Shown here piece after piece: positions 1 to 11,936 of a stretch of 32,435 nt of DNA. Source of the stretch: Sarea resinae (taxonomy: Eukaryota); assembly GCA_026026165.1 (NCBI GenBank), contig JAPEUD010000123.1, positions 1 through 32,435 of the forward strand, read 5' to 3'. The notes beneath the pieces were generated by a model. That model made no database searches. It was not told the origin of the DNA and saw only the letters and a program-made list of their open reading frames with translations. A program made the position numbers and the translations under genes. Position 1 is the first letter of the stretch. Every line of letters begins with the position of its first letter.

Positions 1-1973
1 CGTTTGCGTTTTTTGTCGTTGGTGGTAGTAGTGTCGGGGTTGAGGGTGCGGCTGCGGCGGTAGGCCTCGAGGTCCTTGAGTCGGGCCGCTTCGCGGGCTC
101 GGTCCTTGTAGGCGTAGGAGTCGAAGTCGAAAGCACCATCACCACCAGCACCACCGTCGTTTTGGGCTTCAGTAGGGTCAGTGCTGGTAGTGGTAGTGGT
201 AGTAGCAGCAGCAGTGAGACCCAGCGAGCGATCGCCGCCCCACTTCTTCAGTTCGGGCATCTTGGGCAGTCGCAGCAGGGCCCAGGCGTGCGCCAGCTCG
301 GTCCAGTCGAGGTCGTCGACGCGGAAGATGCTGCTGGCTTGGTGTTTGCGGTAGGCCTGGACCCAGGAGACGAAGGCGCGCTGCGCCTTGTCGTGCAGGG
401 CGCGGTCGGCCCGCACCACGGCCCGCAGCTGGCGCGTGGTCGCTTCGGCGTCCGAGGCCGAGATGGCGATCGTCGGCGTCGAGAGCGCCGTCACGGGCGT
501 CTTGCGCACCGCTAGAAACGAGATGTAGTCTTCTTCCCTGCCGGGCGTCAGGAAGAGGACTGCGAGGCCCTTGCGGCCGGCGCGGCCGGCGCGGCCGCAG
601 CGGTGGAGGAAGGCTTTTGGGTCCGTGGGCGGGTCGAGCTGGATGACGAGGTCGACTTGTGGGATATCGAGCCCGCGCGCGGCGAGGTCGGTAGTGAGGA
701 GTAAGGAGGGGGTTGGGGAGTTGACGAAGCGGGAGAAGTTCTTCTGGCGCACTTGAGGCGGGTGTTTGCCGTGGAGGGGGATGAGGGTGAAGTTAGTGTT
801 TGGAAAGAGGGCCGGGATGAGGTGCTGGTAGTAGTCTACGGCTGCGCAGGTGGAGAGGTAGATGATTGTTTTGAGAGGTGTCGGGGTCAGAGAGGTGAGG
901 AGGGAGCGGAGGGCGGGGAGTTTGTGTGTCGGTGGGGCGAGTATGTAGGTCATTTGGAGACTGGGATGGTCAGCGATTTGAATACTGTGTGGATTCGACA
1001 TCATACCTAGCTGGGGTCCTTTTATCTTCTATGCCAGCTGCGCCTTTGACTTTTACAGCAACTTTGACGGGATTCCGCAGGCCAACCCGGACGATTTGGT
1101 CGACTGCCTCGCTGACACTAGCGCTGAAGAGACCTGTTCGTCTCTGCTTAGGGAGTCTTGCCAAGATCTTTTGCAGGTCTTCTTTGAAACCCATGTCAAG
1201 CAATCGATCCGCCTCATCTAAGACCAGGACCTCAAAAGAAGATTGCGGACAGTGGACATGTGGTGAGGAGAGCAGCTCGAGCAACCGGCCAGGAGTAGAG
1301 ATGAGTAGATTTGGGGAGTGTTTCAAGAAGTGGCTTAGATCCTGGGCTGGCGTCGTGGTGCCCCCGAGGAGAAGTTGTGGGATGACCTGGAGAGTAGATG
1401 CCGGAGAGGTGGTTTCGACTGGGGCATCGGTGCCATCTTCTGTCATCTCGACGTCTCCTTCTTGCTTCCTAAGTGCTGCGGCAGACGGTGCATGAAAGGC
1501 TAGGAGAGAGAGCAGTACGGCGTTGATCTGGGAAGCAAGTTCTCTGGGGACCGTACTTTAGTATGAGGGGGCAACCACTCAAATTCCAGAGTACCCACCT
1601 TGTCGGTGAGACGATAATTGCTCCAACGTGATGCTTTTTGATGGGCTCTTCTAGTCGCAGTAATCTCTCGACGATTGGGATGAGGAAAGCCAGCGTCTTT
1701 CCGCTACCGGTGACAGCCTGAACAAGCACCAGTCAGCCAAATCCATCAACTCATATGCAGATCTTAGCAGCTCACCTCGACGACGACGTCTTTGTGGCCC
1801 ATGAAGAGGGGCATCGTAGAAGCCTGCACCGGTGTCATGCGATGGAAGCCCATGCTGGACACCGCGTCGAGGATCCATTCGGACAAAGGAGGCGTGAGAG
1901 CATCCCAAGCCCGAGAGGAGCCTGGCGACGCTTTGCCCTGGACAGGCTTGGGTTTTGACTTGGTGGAAGACAT
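1..1973 (-). CDS. SPB4: ATP-dependent DEAD-box rRNA helicase Spb4/DDX55 (3' end outside window)
   Basis: Exons 1973-1776, 1717-1599, 1543-1007, 960-<1 with GT..AG introns. Motifs: MTPVQAST (Q motif), [47 protein letters not shown], plus the Spb4-type C-terminal AFVSWVQAY. Confidence 0.93.
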
Positions 1974-2774
1974 GGTAACATGAAGATGGATTTGGGGGAT
2001 ATGGGGGATATGGGGGATCTGGGGCATTTGGTGGAGGAAATGTCGCGAAATATTTCTTATCGGTCGTATCACCTCGTGACCTGCGCAATGGAACACAACA
2101 GATCAAGATCTCTTGGAATGCTGTCACCATGACTCTGACCGCCCGGACTGAGATCTTGATGTTCTTCAGCTCATCATCGTCTTGACCATCTTCAGACCAT
2201 CTCTCGATCATACATCTTCGCATCGGGCGACTTTGCAGTGGACATCTCGTCGCTCTCTTCACCCAGCAAGGCGGTCTCGGAGTTCGGGGAAACGAAAAGT
2301 CGAGTCTTCTGCGCGTGGACAGCGACTCGGGAGATCCGACAGCAGACCTCCCACACGGCTAATTACCACAATAATCCCACGATCCTCATTGTTCCCTACG
2401 CCCTCATCTCTCTGATGTAGATATCCAAGGGAGACAGCATCTCATATCCAAGCCGGACGCCATCATCAGCATCATCTCCGCGGCCCTCCATTGGCATCAT
2501 CTTTCATCGCAGCCCACGACAGCTTGTGTCGCTGAGTCGCTGAGTCGCCGGGCTGTGCTGTGCCAACTTTTCTAACCCAAAGCACCGCCATCCAGCACAC
2601 GTCACGATAGCTTCCCACGCGCCCTTTTCACTCTCCACTCACCCTCTTTTCTGTTCTCGCGACAATACCACTTCCATCGCTGCTGCTGCTGAATTGCAGC
2701 CCCTCACCACCTTCTCTGGCACGATCCGATTGTCACCACTACCTTTGTTCGCCGGCCTGTATATAGCCCCAGCC

Positions 2775-4059
2775 ATGCCCGTCGCATCACAGTCGCCGCC
2801 CGTGCCAGCAACGCCGCGGGTCATCTCCCCATCGCCCACCCCTTCCGAAGGCAGAGGCAGAGGCAAAGCCGACCAACATGCATACTTTCCACCCGTGACC
2901 CGTTCGGCATCAAAGCAGCGGATGACGTCCCCACCCATCCACGAAGAAAAAGAAAACAGCGACGAAGGCTCCGACTCGAGCCTGGAAAAGCGCGCGCGAG
3001 CTCGAAGTCGAAGTCCTGTGTTGGATGGAAGTGGGAACAGCCGGAGGAGAATGGCCGGTTTGGCGGCTGTCAATCCGAAAGAAGGCACGCCGACCGCTGC
3101 AACGTCGAGACCAAGCAAGAATAAGTCAGATCCGGCCGCGGCCACGCAAAACGGCAGCGCTTCGAACGGCCATCTCTCGCCTTCGAGCGCCGCATCAAGC
3201 TACTGGCGCGAATTCAGCCGGAGTCCAAGCCCGCTTGGTCTAATACCCATCCACCGCCACTGGCGAACCTTTGTACGTTCAAATACACCCCCAAAGGCGC
3301 TCTCGAGCTAATCCATGTCGTCCGCAGGTCCACCGTCATGAAATCCCTCGCAAAGCCCTCCACGTGTCCATCGGCTTCTTCACCATCTACCTCTACACAT
3401 CTGGCCTCCAAACCTCGATCATCCCCCCCTACCTCCTCTCCGCACTGCTCCCAATCGCCTCGGTCGACTTCCTCCGGCACAACTTCCCCTCCTTTAACCG
3501 CATCTACATCCGCTGTCTAGGCGCTCTGATGCGCGAATCCGAAGTCGCCGGCTACAACGGCGTGATCTGGTACCTCCTCGGCGCCTGGATCGTGCTGAAA
3601 TTCTTCCCGAAAGACGTCGGCATCATGGGCGTACTGCTGCTGTCATGGTGCGACACGGCGGCCTCGACGATCGGCCGACTATGGGGCCATTACACGCCAC
3701 GACTGCGGCGCGGCAAATCGCTCGCTGGGTCCCTCGCCGCGTTCGCAGTGGGCGTGGCTACCGCCGCCGCCTTCTGGGGCTGGCTCGCCCCGCGCACGGG
3801 ACCCTTTCCCGACGATCCACCACACGCCTTCATGTTCACGGGCACCTTGACCCTGCCGGCATGCGTCAAGACTTACCTGGGCTGGGGCACCGAGGATGGC
3901 GTGCTCGGCGGTGGATTGGCGCTGGGGTTGATGAGTCTGTGGACCGGGTTCGTGGCGAGCGGGAGCGAGGTCGTCGATCTCTGGGGCTGGGACGACAATC
4001 TCACCATCCCGCTCCTCAGCGGCGTTGGGCTCTGGGGATTCTTGAAGGTTTTTGGGTAG
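2775..4059 (+). CDS. DGK1: CTP-dependent diacylglycerol kinase Dgk1 (cytidylyltransferase-like membrane protein)
   Basis: Exons 2775-3272 and 3328-4059 (intron GTACGT..GCTAAT..CAG). Motifs HEIPRKALHVSIG, LMRESE..YNGVIWYLLG, LSWCDTAASTIGR, KSLAGS and DDNLTIP. Confidence 0.92.
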
Positions 4060-4179
4060 GGGCCAGACTATTGTCCGTCGGCCATGGTGGTCCCAGGGTG
4101 CGCTATTAGGAGCAGTATAGGCATTTCGGGGCGGGGGTTTTGACTTTCTTTCTCTCGTCACATATTACACTCCGATGTT

Positions 4180-6170
4180 CCCGTGGGTAGCTTTTATCTA
4201 TTTATTTATCTAATTTTTCTCGTCTGCTGTTCTTGTATTTCTGCGTTTATTTGGCCCCACGGGTTTCTTATCGCCATCCATCCACCCATCCCTCCATCCG
4301 TCCATCATCTATCCACCGTTTATCCACCACCTATCCATGCCCCCATCTCCACAACCCCCCCTTCTCAAGCTCAACCCCAATCCGATGTTTTTCTTTCGAT
4401 GCTTCATTTCAACATCCAGCGCGGCGTTTGCTCGGGCAACTAGACCATATCCCCGCAATCAAACCATTTCCCTGCCTACATATTTTTTTCGCCCTTGCAA
4501 TTGGGCCACACCATTTCATCTGACTACCTAATTCTTTCCCCTCTTTTATATCCTTGATGCTGTTGATGTTGTTTTTATATATGGCTTTTGCTCTTCTGGT
4601 CTTATTCTCTGTTTCTTTTCCCTTCTTTGCCTCTTGTCTCGTTATATTTTCGCCGTTTCTTTGCCGCGTGTCTCTATATTGCACATTTCATATTACACCT
4701 TCGCACCAAGTCCAGAGATCAACCAACCATTCGGCCAACCGGCCGATACACCCAGTTAACGATACTGAGATCTGTATCCATCCATCCATCCATCTATCCG
4801 CAACCACCCCCCCACCCAAATCACCCTCGTCGATGTCAATGCAGAGCTGGAATAGTTTCTCTGGTCCCCCTCTACGTGTCCTCGATCCTGCTAGCGCGCT
4901 ATATCACACCACACAACCACAATCCTAACCACAATCAGAGCAAGTACGAGAACCGTTAATTACAATTGCAGTGGTGTCTTCCTTTTTCTGTATATCGATA
5001 TGTGTATATATGTGTATATATGTAGATTAATAGATAGATGGATGGATGGATGATAAGTTCAAGAGACAAGAGGATAAACAGACAGCCAAAATCCATCTCT
5101 CCATCTCTCTATCAATATCCACAACCCCAACCCTTTTTCCTGCCCCACACGCCTAGCCCCTGGCCCCCTATTCCCTATCCCCTGGCTCCCAACTCCGCTC
5201 AAGAAGGAACCTAGGCGAAAGGGAATGCCTTTATATAAACCTTGCTTTCACCCTGTCGGTCTCGTCTCTGGGTCCGGCTCTAGCTCTAGCTTAGTGCTGG
5301 GTGCTAGTTTTACTGGTGCGTGTTCTATGGCGGTGGTGATGTTGTGTGTTAACGTCGTCATGTGTTGATATTGTGTGTTGGATGTCGGTGGTTAGTGATG
5401 TTTGTTAGCGGTCATGTTAATGCTAATGTCAATGTTGGTGCCAGTGCCGGTATCACCGCCAATCTCAGTGTCAATATCGACCGTCAGTGCCAACCCCAAC
5501 CCCAATCCCAATCCTAATCCTAATCCTAATCCTAATCCCAATCTGAATATCAACCCCAACTCCAATCGCAAACCTAATCGCCCCCACCCCAGTCCCCCCC
5601 CCCGCGGCCCCCGGCATGCTCATAGCACGAAAAGAGGAACAGGAAGAGGAAGAGGAAGAGAGCGAGGAGGGTACTGTTGAGTATACTCTTTTGTGTATGT
5701 CTATGTTTATGTGTATGTGTATGTCTACGTCTATATCTATCTCGGTGTCTATCTATAGGTATATATCTATGTCTACGTCTACGACGGTGTCTATACCTAT
5801 AGGGAAGAACGATGGGGGAAAAGGGCACGGGGCGTGAGCCTGTAGGTCGGTAAGTAGGTAGGTAAGTTAGTGAGTAGTTAGGTATGTGTGCAGGAAAAGT
5901 TGGTAGGGAGATCGGTCGGTTGGTTGGTTGGTTGGTGGGTGGGTAGCATGGTGGGGCCCGGACGGGCCAAATACATAGAAGAAATGATATACTCCGGAGT
6001 AGATATATCTAGATAGGCTTCGGGGGGGTGGGGTTACAAGGGCTGATAATACTCACTTACGTAGTACATACACAGCGGACGTAGCGGCATACAGGCATAC
6101 AGATCTACACATCTACAAACACAGACAAGCATACAAACCTACAGCAAAGAGGCAGATGCAGATGATATTC
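4180..6170. repeat. Microsatellite/low-complexity-rich intergenic region between the convergent DGK1 and RPS0 genes
   Basis: (CCAT)n, (GATG)n, (TA/TG)n, (AAYCCY)n at ~5491-5545, (GAGGAA)n at ~5634-5662, (GGTT)n at ~5920-5937 and (AGGT)n runs. Confidence 0.85.
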
Positions 6171-6703
6171 CATGTGATTTCTCTTTTTCAATTGCTTTCT
6201 CTAAAAGTCCCTCACGCGTGGCAGGACGGCGCGCAGCTAAAAGGAACAAAGACACAGGAGATGGGATAACGATCAAGTCCATCCCGGCAAGACAGCGCAG
6301 GGCTTTCCCCCAATTCTCCCCTTTCCTTGGATCAAGGAGAGAGAATTGGATATCTTTCCCTCATGAGCGCCAGTCAAGTGTCTTCACAAGGTCTCCCGGT
6401 TTCCGACATTGCTGAAGATGTAGTGTGCGAGAGAGGTAGAGAAAAACGGAAATACACTAGGTGTAGGGCAGGATACAGGTGATGATGGCAGCGTGAAGTA
6501 GGTAGTCAGGTGGGTAGTCGAGGCGCAAAAGGAGAGCCGGACAGACAGAGTGGATGGATCAAGCAAGCGGGTCGCGCGTATGCGTGTGCGTGTGTAAAGG
6601 TAGAATAATGCTTTCGTTTTGTTTGGATTTTGCGCTTTTTCATCCATGCTTATCTCATCTTTCTCCACACTTCCTCCGACATGCATCCCTCCTGTACTAT
6701 CGT

Positions 6704-7705
6704 CTACCACGAAGCAGCGGCGCCCTCGGTACCAGTCTGGGCTGGTGCGGAACCAGCAGCCCAGTCGGTGCCGTCAGCCTCCCAGCTAGAGCCAGCAGCA
6801 GCACCAGCGGTGGCAGCGGGGGCGGTGAAGGCACCGGCTTGAGCGGCACCAGCAACCTCCCATTCCGTGTTCCCACCGAAGCCTTGCTCGACAGCAGCGG
6901 GGCCAACCTCGTCGGCGCCCGGTACCTTGGCCTCCTCGACACCAGTGGCGTCCTTGTTCTCCTCGGCCTCGGGGTCGCGGTAGAAGTACAGATCAACCAT
7001 GACGTCCCAGTCGGTCTCTCGGGTGGCCAGAGTGCCACGGAGACGAAGCACCTCACGGGCGAGGAGCCACCAGACGAGACCAATGGCGTGACGACCCTTG
7101 TTGTTGGTGGGAATGGCGACATCGACGAACTCGGTGGGCGAGTCGGTATCGCAGAGGGCGATGACGGGGATGTTCACGTACGAAGCCTCCTTGATGGCTT
7201 GGGCGTCGGTGCGGGGGTCCGTGACGATGATCAGGCGGGGCTCCTTGAACGAGCGGGTGATGTAGTTGGTGAAGTTACCGGGCGTGAAGCGACCTGCGAT
7301 GGCAACGGCTCCAGTGTGCGCGGCGAACTTGAGGACCGCACGTTGGCCGTAGGGACGGGCGGAGATGACGCAAATGTCAGCGGGGTTGTCGACGGCAGCG
7401 ATGATACGGGCTGCGAGGACGATCTTCTCCCTGCAGGCATGGCATGTTAGCTCTCTCAGTCTTCAACGTGGGAGCTCCTGGATCTGCCAAAGTGCGACTA
7501 CACAGCTCCCCTTCATACACCATAAATCCACGTACCAGGTCTTGCCAATGTTGATCACATTGATGCCATCAGGGCGGGTCTTCCAGAGGTACGGCTCCAT
7601 GTGCACCTGGAGATTCTTGGAGCCCAGGTGGCATTGCGCCGCAAGCAGCATCTCCATGTCCTGGGAGGTGGCATTGAAGACCGAGGGGAGTTGAGGTGGC
7701 GCCAT
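6704..7705 (-). CDS. RPS0: 40S ribosomal protein S0 (uS2/RPSA)
   Basis: Exons 7705-7536 and 7430-6704 (intron GTACGT..GCTAAC..CAG). Sequence [67 protein letters not shown]. Confidence 0.97.
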
Positions 7706-8139
7706 ATTGAGAGTGGTTGGAAAAGGATTGGCTTGACGTTGAAGAGTCTCAAGTATGGTCGTCACCGTGATGTTGTGCGTGAACTTTTGCAACTGCAGCG
7801 ACTTTCACGATGGTGGAGCTCGGCGACTTGGAGTTCGCGATTCGCTTCGTGCGGGCCACATTAGGGCTCAGGGCTGCAAGCGAAAGTTCGACGTCGGCTG
7901 AGTCAGCAGCCAGCAGCCATTCCCGATTCGACAAGCTGGTACCCTTTCCTGTTGTGGACTAGCTCGGTACCTTTCGAAAATGAATCCAAACCTCCGTCTC
8001 CATCTCCATCTCCGTCTCAGCCTCCAGCTTCAGAGATTATTGATATCTCGTTGCTGAGCCATTGTCACCACCACCCACCGGTTTCGGTGCTATAGTGACT
8101 ATCACCTCCCGTCTTCATTGTCAGGGGACGCAGCCAACA
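7706..8139. promoter_or_regulatory. Bidirectional promoter region between RPS0 and the mitochondrial uS15 gene
   Basis: Head-to-head ATGs separated by 434 bp. TTAGGGCT at 7861-7868 (AGCCCTAA-type fungal ribosomal-protein promoter motif) and TGAGTCA (Gcn4/CpcA/AP-1 consensus) at 7899-7905. Confidence 0.6.
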
Positions 8140-9320
8140 ATGCCCCCACAACTCAACCTCCCTCTCCGCCTCCGGGCCTCAAATCGTAAGTAGCATTCTC
8201 CATGTGCTAAAGGAACCCCTCCTCACCAACGATTGCAGTCTCTGTCTCCAGCATACCCTCCCAACGCTCCTTTACAAGCACCTCCCTCCTCTCCGCCAGT
8301 GGCGCCTCTCAAAAAAACAAGCACCGCGATTCCTATGCCCTGGCCCAAGCGCGCCAACGAAAGGCGGCCAACCTCGCCCGACAAGAAGAGCTTCGCCGCG
8401 AACGAGCCGCCTCGCTCGGCGACCCTGTCAGAGGCACCGATACGCCTTTCCTCCAATCCCTCGGCCGAGTCAACGTCAAGAAATTCGACCGGACCTTCTC
8501 CGCATCCAACCCCCCTCCGAATAGCAAAGCAGCCATCCCAGAATGGTCCAACGAAGAGGACTTTCAACTTCAAAAAAGTAGGAAAAGGGACATGACAGCC
8601 CCCTCGAAATCCGCACCCAAGACCGAAATCTCAGACGCCGAGCGAGCCCAGCGCATAGAAAAGCAAAAGGAAGCACGCCTCCGGAACGGACACCCGTGGT
8701 TCGGACACCGCTGGTACGAAGACCGCCCCGTTGATTTCAGGAAGCTCAACCACTCTCTCACGCGCGGGGAGCTGGAATCCGCCCTCAACTACTCCTACGC
8801 CCTCACGACGCCACCCCCCAGCAACCACACGACCTCGGACCCGGAGCTCGAATCCGCGCGCATCGCAGAGCACATAGAGCGCGACTCGAACGCGCGCGTG
8901 GCCATCGAGAAGATCGTGGCCCTCTCCGGCGGCTCGGGCGCCTCGCACCGTCGCTCCAACATCCAACACTGCATATCGTATTTCGGGCGGCATCACACGG
9001 ACCACATGCTCGCGCCCAAGCCGGCCTCGTCGGTGCCGGGGAACCACCCTACCAAGACGCCTCGCGCCGGTCCGGACACGGGCTCGCCCGAGGTGCAGAT
9101 CGCGATCCTGACGGCCAAGATCCAGGCGCTGGCGCGCCATCTCGCCGGCGTGGGCCGCAAGGACATGGTCAACAAGCGCAACCTGCGCATCCTCGTGCAC
9201 AAGCGCCAGAAGCTGCTGCAGTATCTCCGCCGAAAGGAACGCGGGGGCGAGAGATGGCAGCATCTGATCGCGGAGCTGGGGCTCACGGACGCGACCTGGA
9301 AGGGCGAGATCAGTCTATGA
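8140..9320 (+). CDS. MRPS28: Mitochondrial small-subunit ribosomal protein uS15m (yeast Mrps28-like)
   Basis: Exons 8140-8185 and 8239-9320 (intron GTAAGT..GCTAAA..CAG) give an Arg/Ser-rich presequence and YALAQARQRKAANLARQ in frame with the 8592 ORF. C-terminal S15 domain DTGSPEVQIAILTAKI..NKRNLRILVHKRQKLLQYLRRK. Confidence 0.9.
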
Positions 9321-9336
9321 TAGATAACGTGAGGAC

Positions 9337-10180
9337 TGGTGGTGGTGGTGGTGGTGGTGCATATATCAGATGTAGATACTTCCGTTGCCCCCCTTTATGT
9401 ATTATTTCTCCTCTATTCTATCATTTCTCGAGAAGAGAAGGAAAGCCAGCCAGCCAGCTAGCCAGCCAGCCAGCCAGCAAGTGAACAGCGTACTAACTGT
9501 ATAGCGAGAGGGCTACTACATGTACTATTACTACTACTACCATACCCAAGTTCCATACCTACTACCTCACCTACCTCACCTACCCTTCCAGTTGTCTCTT
9601 CCCCCCCCTCCCTCCCCCATCCATCCTGATAATCACACTTGACCTCCTCCTCCTTCTCCTCCTCCTCCTCAACCTCCTCAAACTCCTTAACTTCCTAAAC
9701 CTTAGCAAGCCTAGTACACCCAGTACACCAAGTGACCACCTACCTATACCTTCCTACCTACCTACTTCGTACATAGACAGGTTGACAAGAGGCGACAAGA
9801 GACACAATAAGAGTAGTAAACAAACAAACAAACAAACAAACAAACCTAGGCTAGCAGCTACTATCATATCTAGGTAAACAGCAACCTACCTACCTTACCT
9901 TACCTACCTAACCTACCTAGGTAAGCATTAACGGTATGAGGTATCTAAGGTATCTATGTTTTTGCACCGTTTTATCCTACTACTCTCTGTCTGTCTGTCT
10001 GTCTTAGAGCCTTCTCTTATCATAGCTAAGCAAAACACCTCACTTTAGGATACTACTTACTCTCTTGGAAACACGCTACAAGTTATACATAGCACTTCAC
10101 TTCACTTCCCCAATAGCGTCAAAAGTCTCTATTAAGTGATTGATTACAAGAATGTTGACAGACGAAGATGATGACGGCTG

Positions 10181-10211
<31 letters not shown>
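9337..10211. repeat. Microsatellite cluster ending in a C29 homopolymer
   Basis: (GGT)7, (GCCA)n, (TAC)n, (CCT)n, (AAAC)n, (ACCT)n and (CTGT)n runs; poly-C at 10183-10211. Confidence 0.9.
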
Positions 10212-10213
<2 letters not shown>

Positions 10214-11518
10214 CCAAAAAAAGAGAGACAGAAAAAGTCCACCCGCAAGACCAACAACAAGATGACCAGTCCCCGTTGCGCGCCGTCCCGTAGCGTTCTG
10301 CATCAACCATCAAGGGGCATCAGCGTGGCTGTTCTGGTTTTATCCGCACGTGTGAAGATCCCCACAATGAAAGAAAGGGCAGCGCGTTGCAGTATCACCG
10401 CGCAGGTAGGTGAGATTTGGCGCCCCCTACTATTTTGGGACGATCTGCATGGCTTCAGCGACGGCAGAGAAAGGAAGACCTGGTATCGATTGATTGCAGA
10501 AGATATTGTCTCCTGCTCAGTCTGTTAAGAGAGTAAAGACGGAGATGATAGGTCTAACGGGGATTGCTCGATTCGATACCAGGAGTCCAATTTGGGATCA
10601 GTCTGCAACCAAGGCAGTCTCAGAGCAAAAGATTCGCCGACCATGTCCGCAAGCGCTGTACATAACAGAGAAACAGAAAAGGCCGTAAGCGATGGGCGTC
10701 GGAAACCAACCCAAAGGGGTAGCGTCCCCTGAAGGACTTGCTCTTATTCGGCTACATATTGTATTCCGACAATACAGCAGATGGGCGTACGCAGATCCTT
10801 CCTAGAAATCTAGAAGGGTATCGGATAATCAGGGCATTTCGACGTCGCCATCGGTGTTGGTATCGGCAACTACTATGAGTATACCTTCGAGTTGCTGGGT
10901 TGACATCGTATCACTCTCAGAGTCGTAGGAGTGAGCCATAGGCTGGAATGTTGGCCATTGAATGGAGATTGACTTCTAGTCCATGTTCCTGCGGCGGCCC
11001 TACTGGTGATAGAATATTGTAGTGACATCGATTGGCCTGTCAATCTTGCTTTGCTTCTGAGCTTGCTGTCGAGAACTATTGCATCTCCTAGCCATATGAT
11101 AGTAGGTGTAGCCCTCAGGCATCTTGAAACTTTTAGGGTATGGCGATCCGCAGTGCCCATTTCGCTATTCACAGTGCCCATTCACACCATGTATTTCAGA
11201 ACGCATCATATTCTTGGGTCACTGATAGTCACGGATCGAGTGTATGTATGGTGGAAGCATTCCTGGACGGACTTCCTCATTGTAGCTAGATGCGGCAGCA
11301 ATCCACAGACGATGATATACAATAATGAGAAGGGTAGCAGCAGACGCCAAGTACCTAAGCATTACACGTGACCCTATCCATACTCCGGGTGCCCATCCAT
11401 GATCTGCTATGCTTTTTGCTCCCCCAGACGAAAGCATCGAAGTAATGGGACGGTGACGACAGCAAAGTGTTGATGATGCAACAGTGAAGACAACGCCGAT
11501 ACAAAGCGTAGGCCAGAC

Positions 11519-11824
11519 AGGTGGCCCACCACCCAATCACTGGCCGGGAACCCCAAGAGGGGCTCAACCGGTTCGATCATGAGCAACGGGTCAACCCAAT
11601 CCGCCAAGTGGGGGACAGTCATCAGCAATGACAGAGTCGACAGCAGTCTCAAGCCGCCAGCACCAGGAACCCCTAGGGGCTCGACTGGTGATGACGTCTC
11701 GGGACTGGCAATTGCCGACCCCGCCAAGCATCATCTGGCTGTCCCGGCCAGGCAGACAGCCGCGCTCAAGGACATCGGGAACCCCGAGGGGCTCGACCGG
11801 TGAGGCCTTGAGATGGTGCCTGCC
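11519..11824 (-). other. Three tandem structured-RNA-like hairpins sharing a conserved apical motif (probable 3'-UTR elements or ncRNA)
   Basis: Near-identical cores GGAACCCC-N2-4-GGGGCTCRACYGGT start at 11547, 11666 and 11778 (spacing 119 and 112 bp). Each is embedded in a longer self-complementary arm pair (~11519-11597, 11644-11707, 11751-11824). Confidence 0.7.
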
Positions 11825-11936
11825 CGCCTTACAGGAAAACTCTCGACAGCACGACCGAATGAAGAACAACAAAGAGTAGCGGGCATTCAGAATAAACGGA
11901 CCACCCACCACAAGACAACTCGCACACTGTTTGGCA

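Noticed and set aside
5491..5580. Interstitial telomere repeat or telomerase RNA template
   Set aside because: Units are AATCCT/AACCCC/AATCCC rather than CCCTAA, and they lie within a general microsatellite field.
4183..5837. Multiple short ORFs (NPNPNP, RHRYR, hydrophobic stretches)
   Set aside because: They are translations of microsatellite and low-complexity DNA with no recognisable domains.
6554..7450. 298-aa plus-strand ORF and similar long antisense ORFs (8631-9263, 30965-31735)
   Set aside because: Antisense shadows of RPS0, uS15m and SNF12 caused by GC-rich codon bias.
10262..11400. Possible gene in the 10.3-11.4 kb interval
   Set aside because: Only short ORFs; I could not build a spliced model or recognise any motif.
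11590..11640. Hammerhead ribozyme (CUGAUGA on the minus strand at ~11619-11625)
   Set aside because: No GAAA core segment follows a stem II, and the motif is not intact in the other units.
11547..11803. CRISPR-like repeat-spacer array
   Set aside because: Eukaryotic context with no cas genes. There are only three degenerate repeats, and the ~90-bp 'spacers' base-pair across each repeat and share motifs.
11407..11879. Short ORFs with repeated PVEPLGVP / GTPRGSTG peptides
   Set aside because: The repeat copies fall in different frames (spacing 119 and 112 bp), so the peptides are by-products of the nucleotide repeat.
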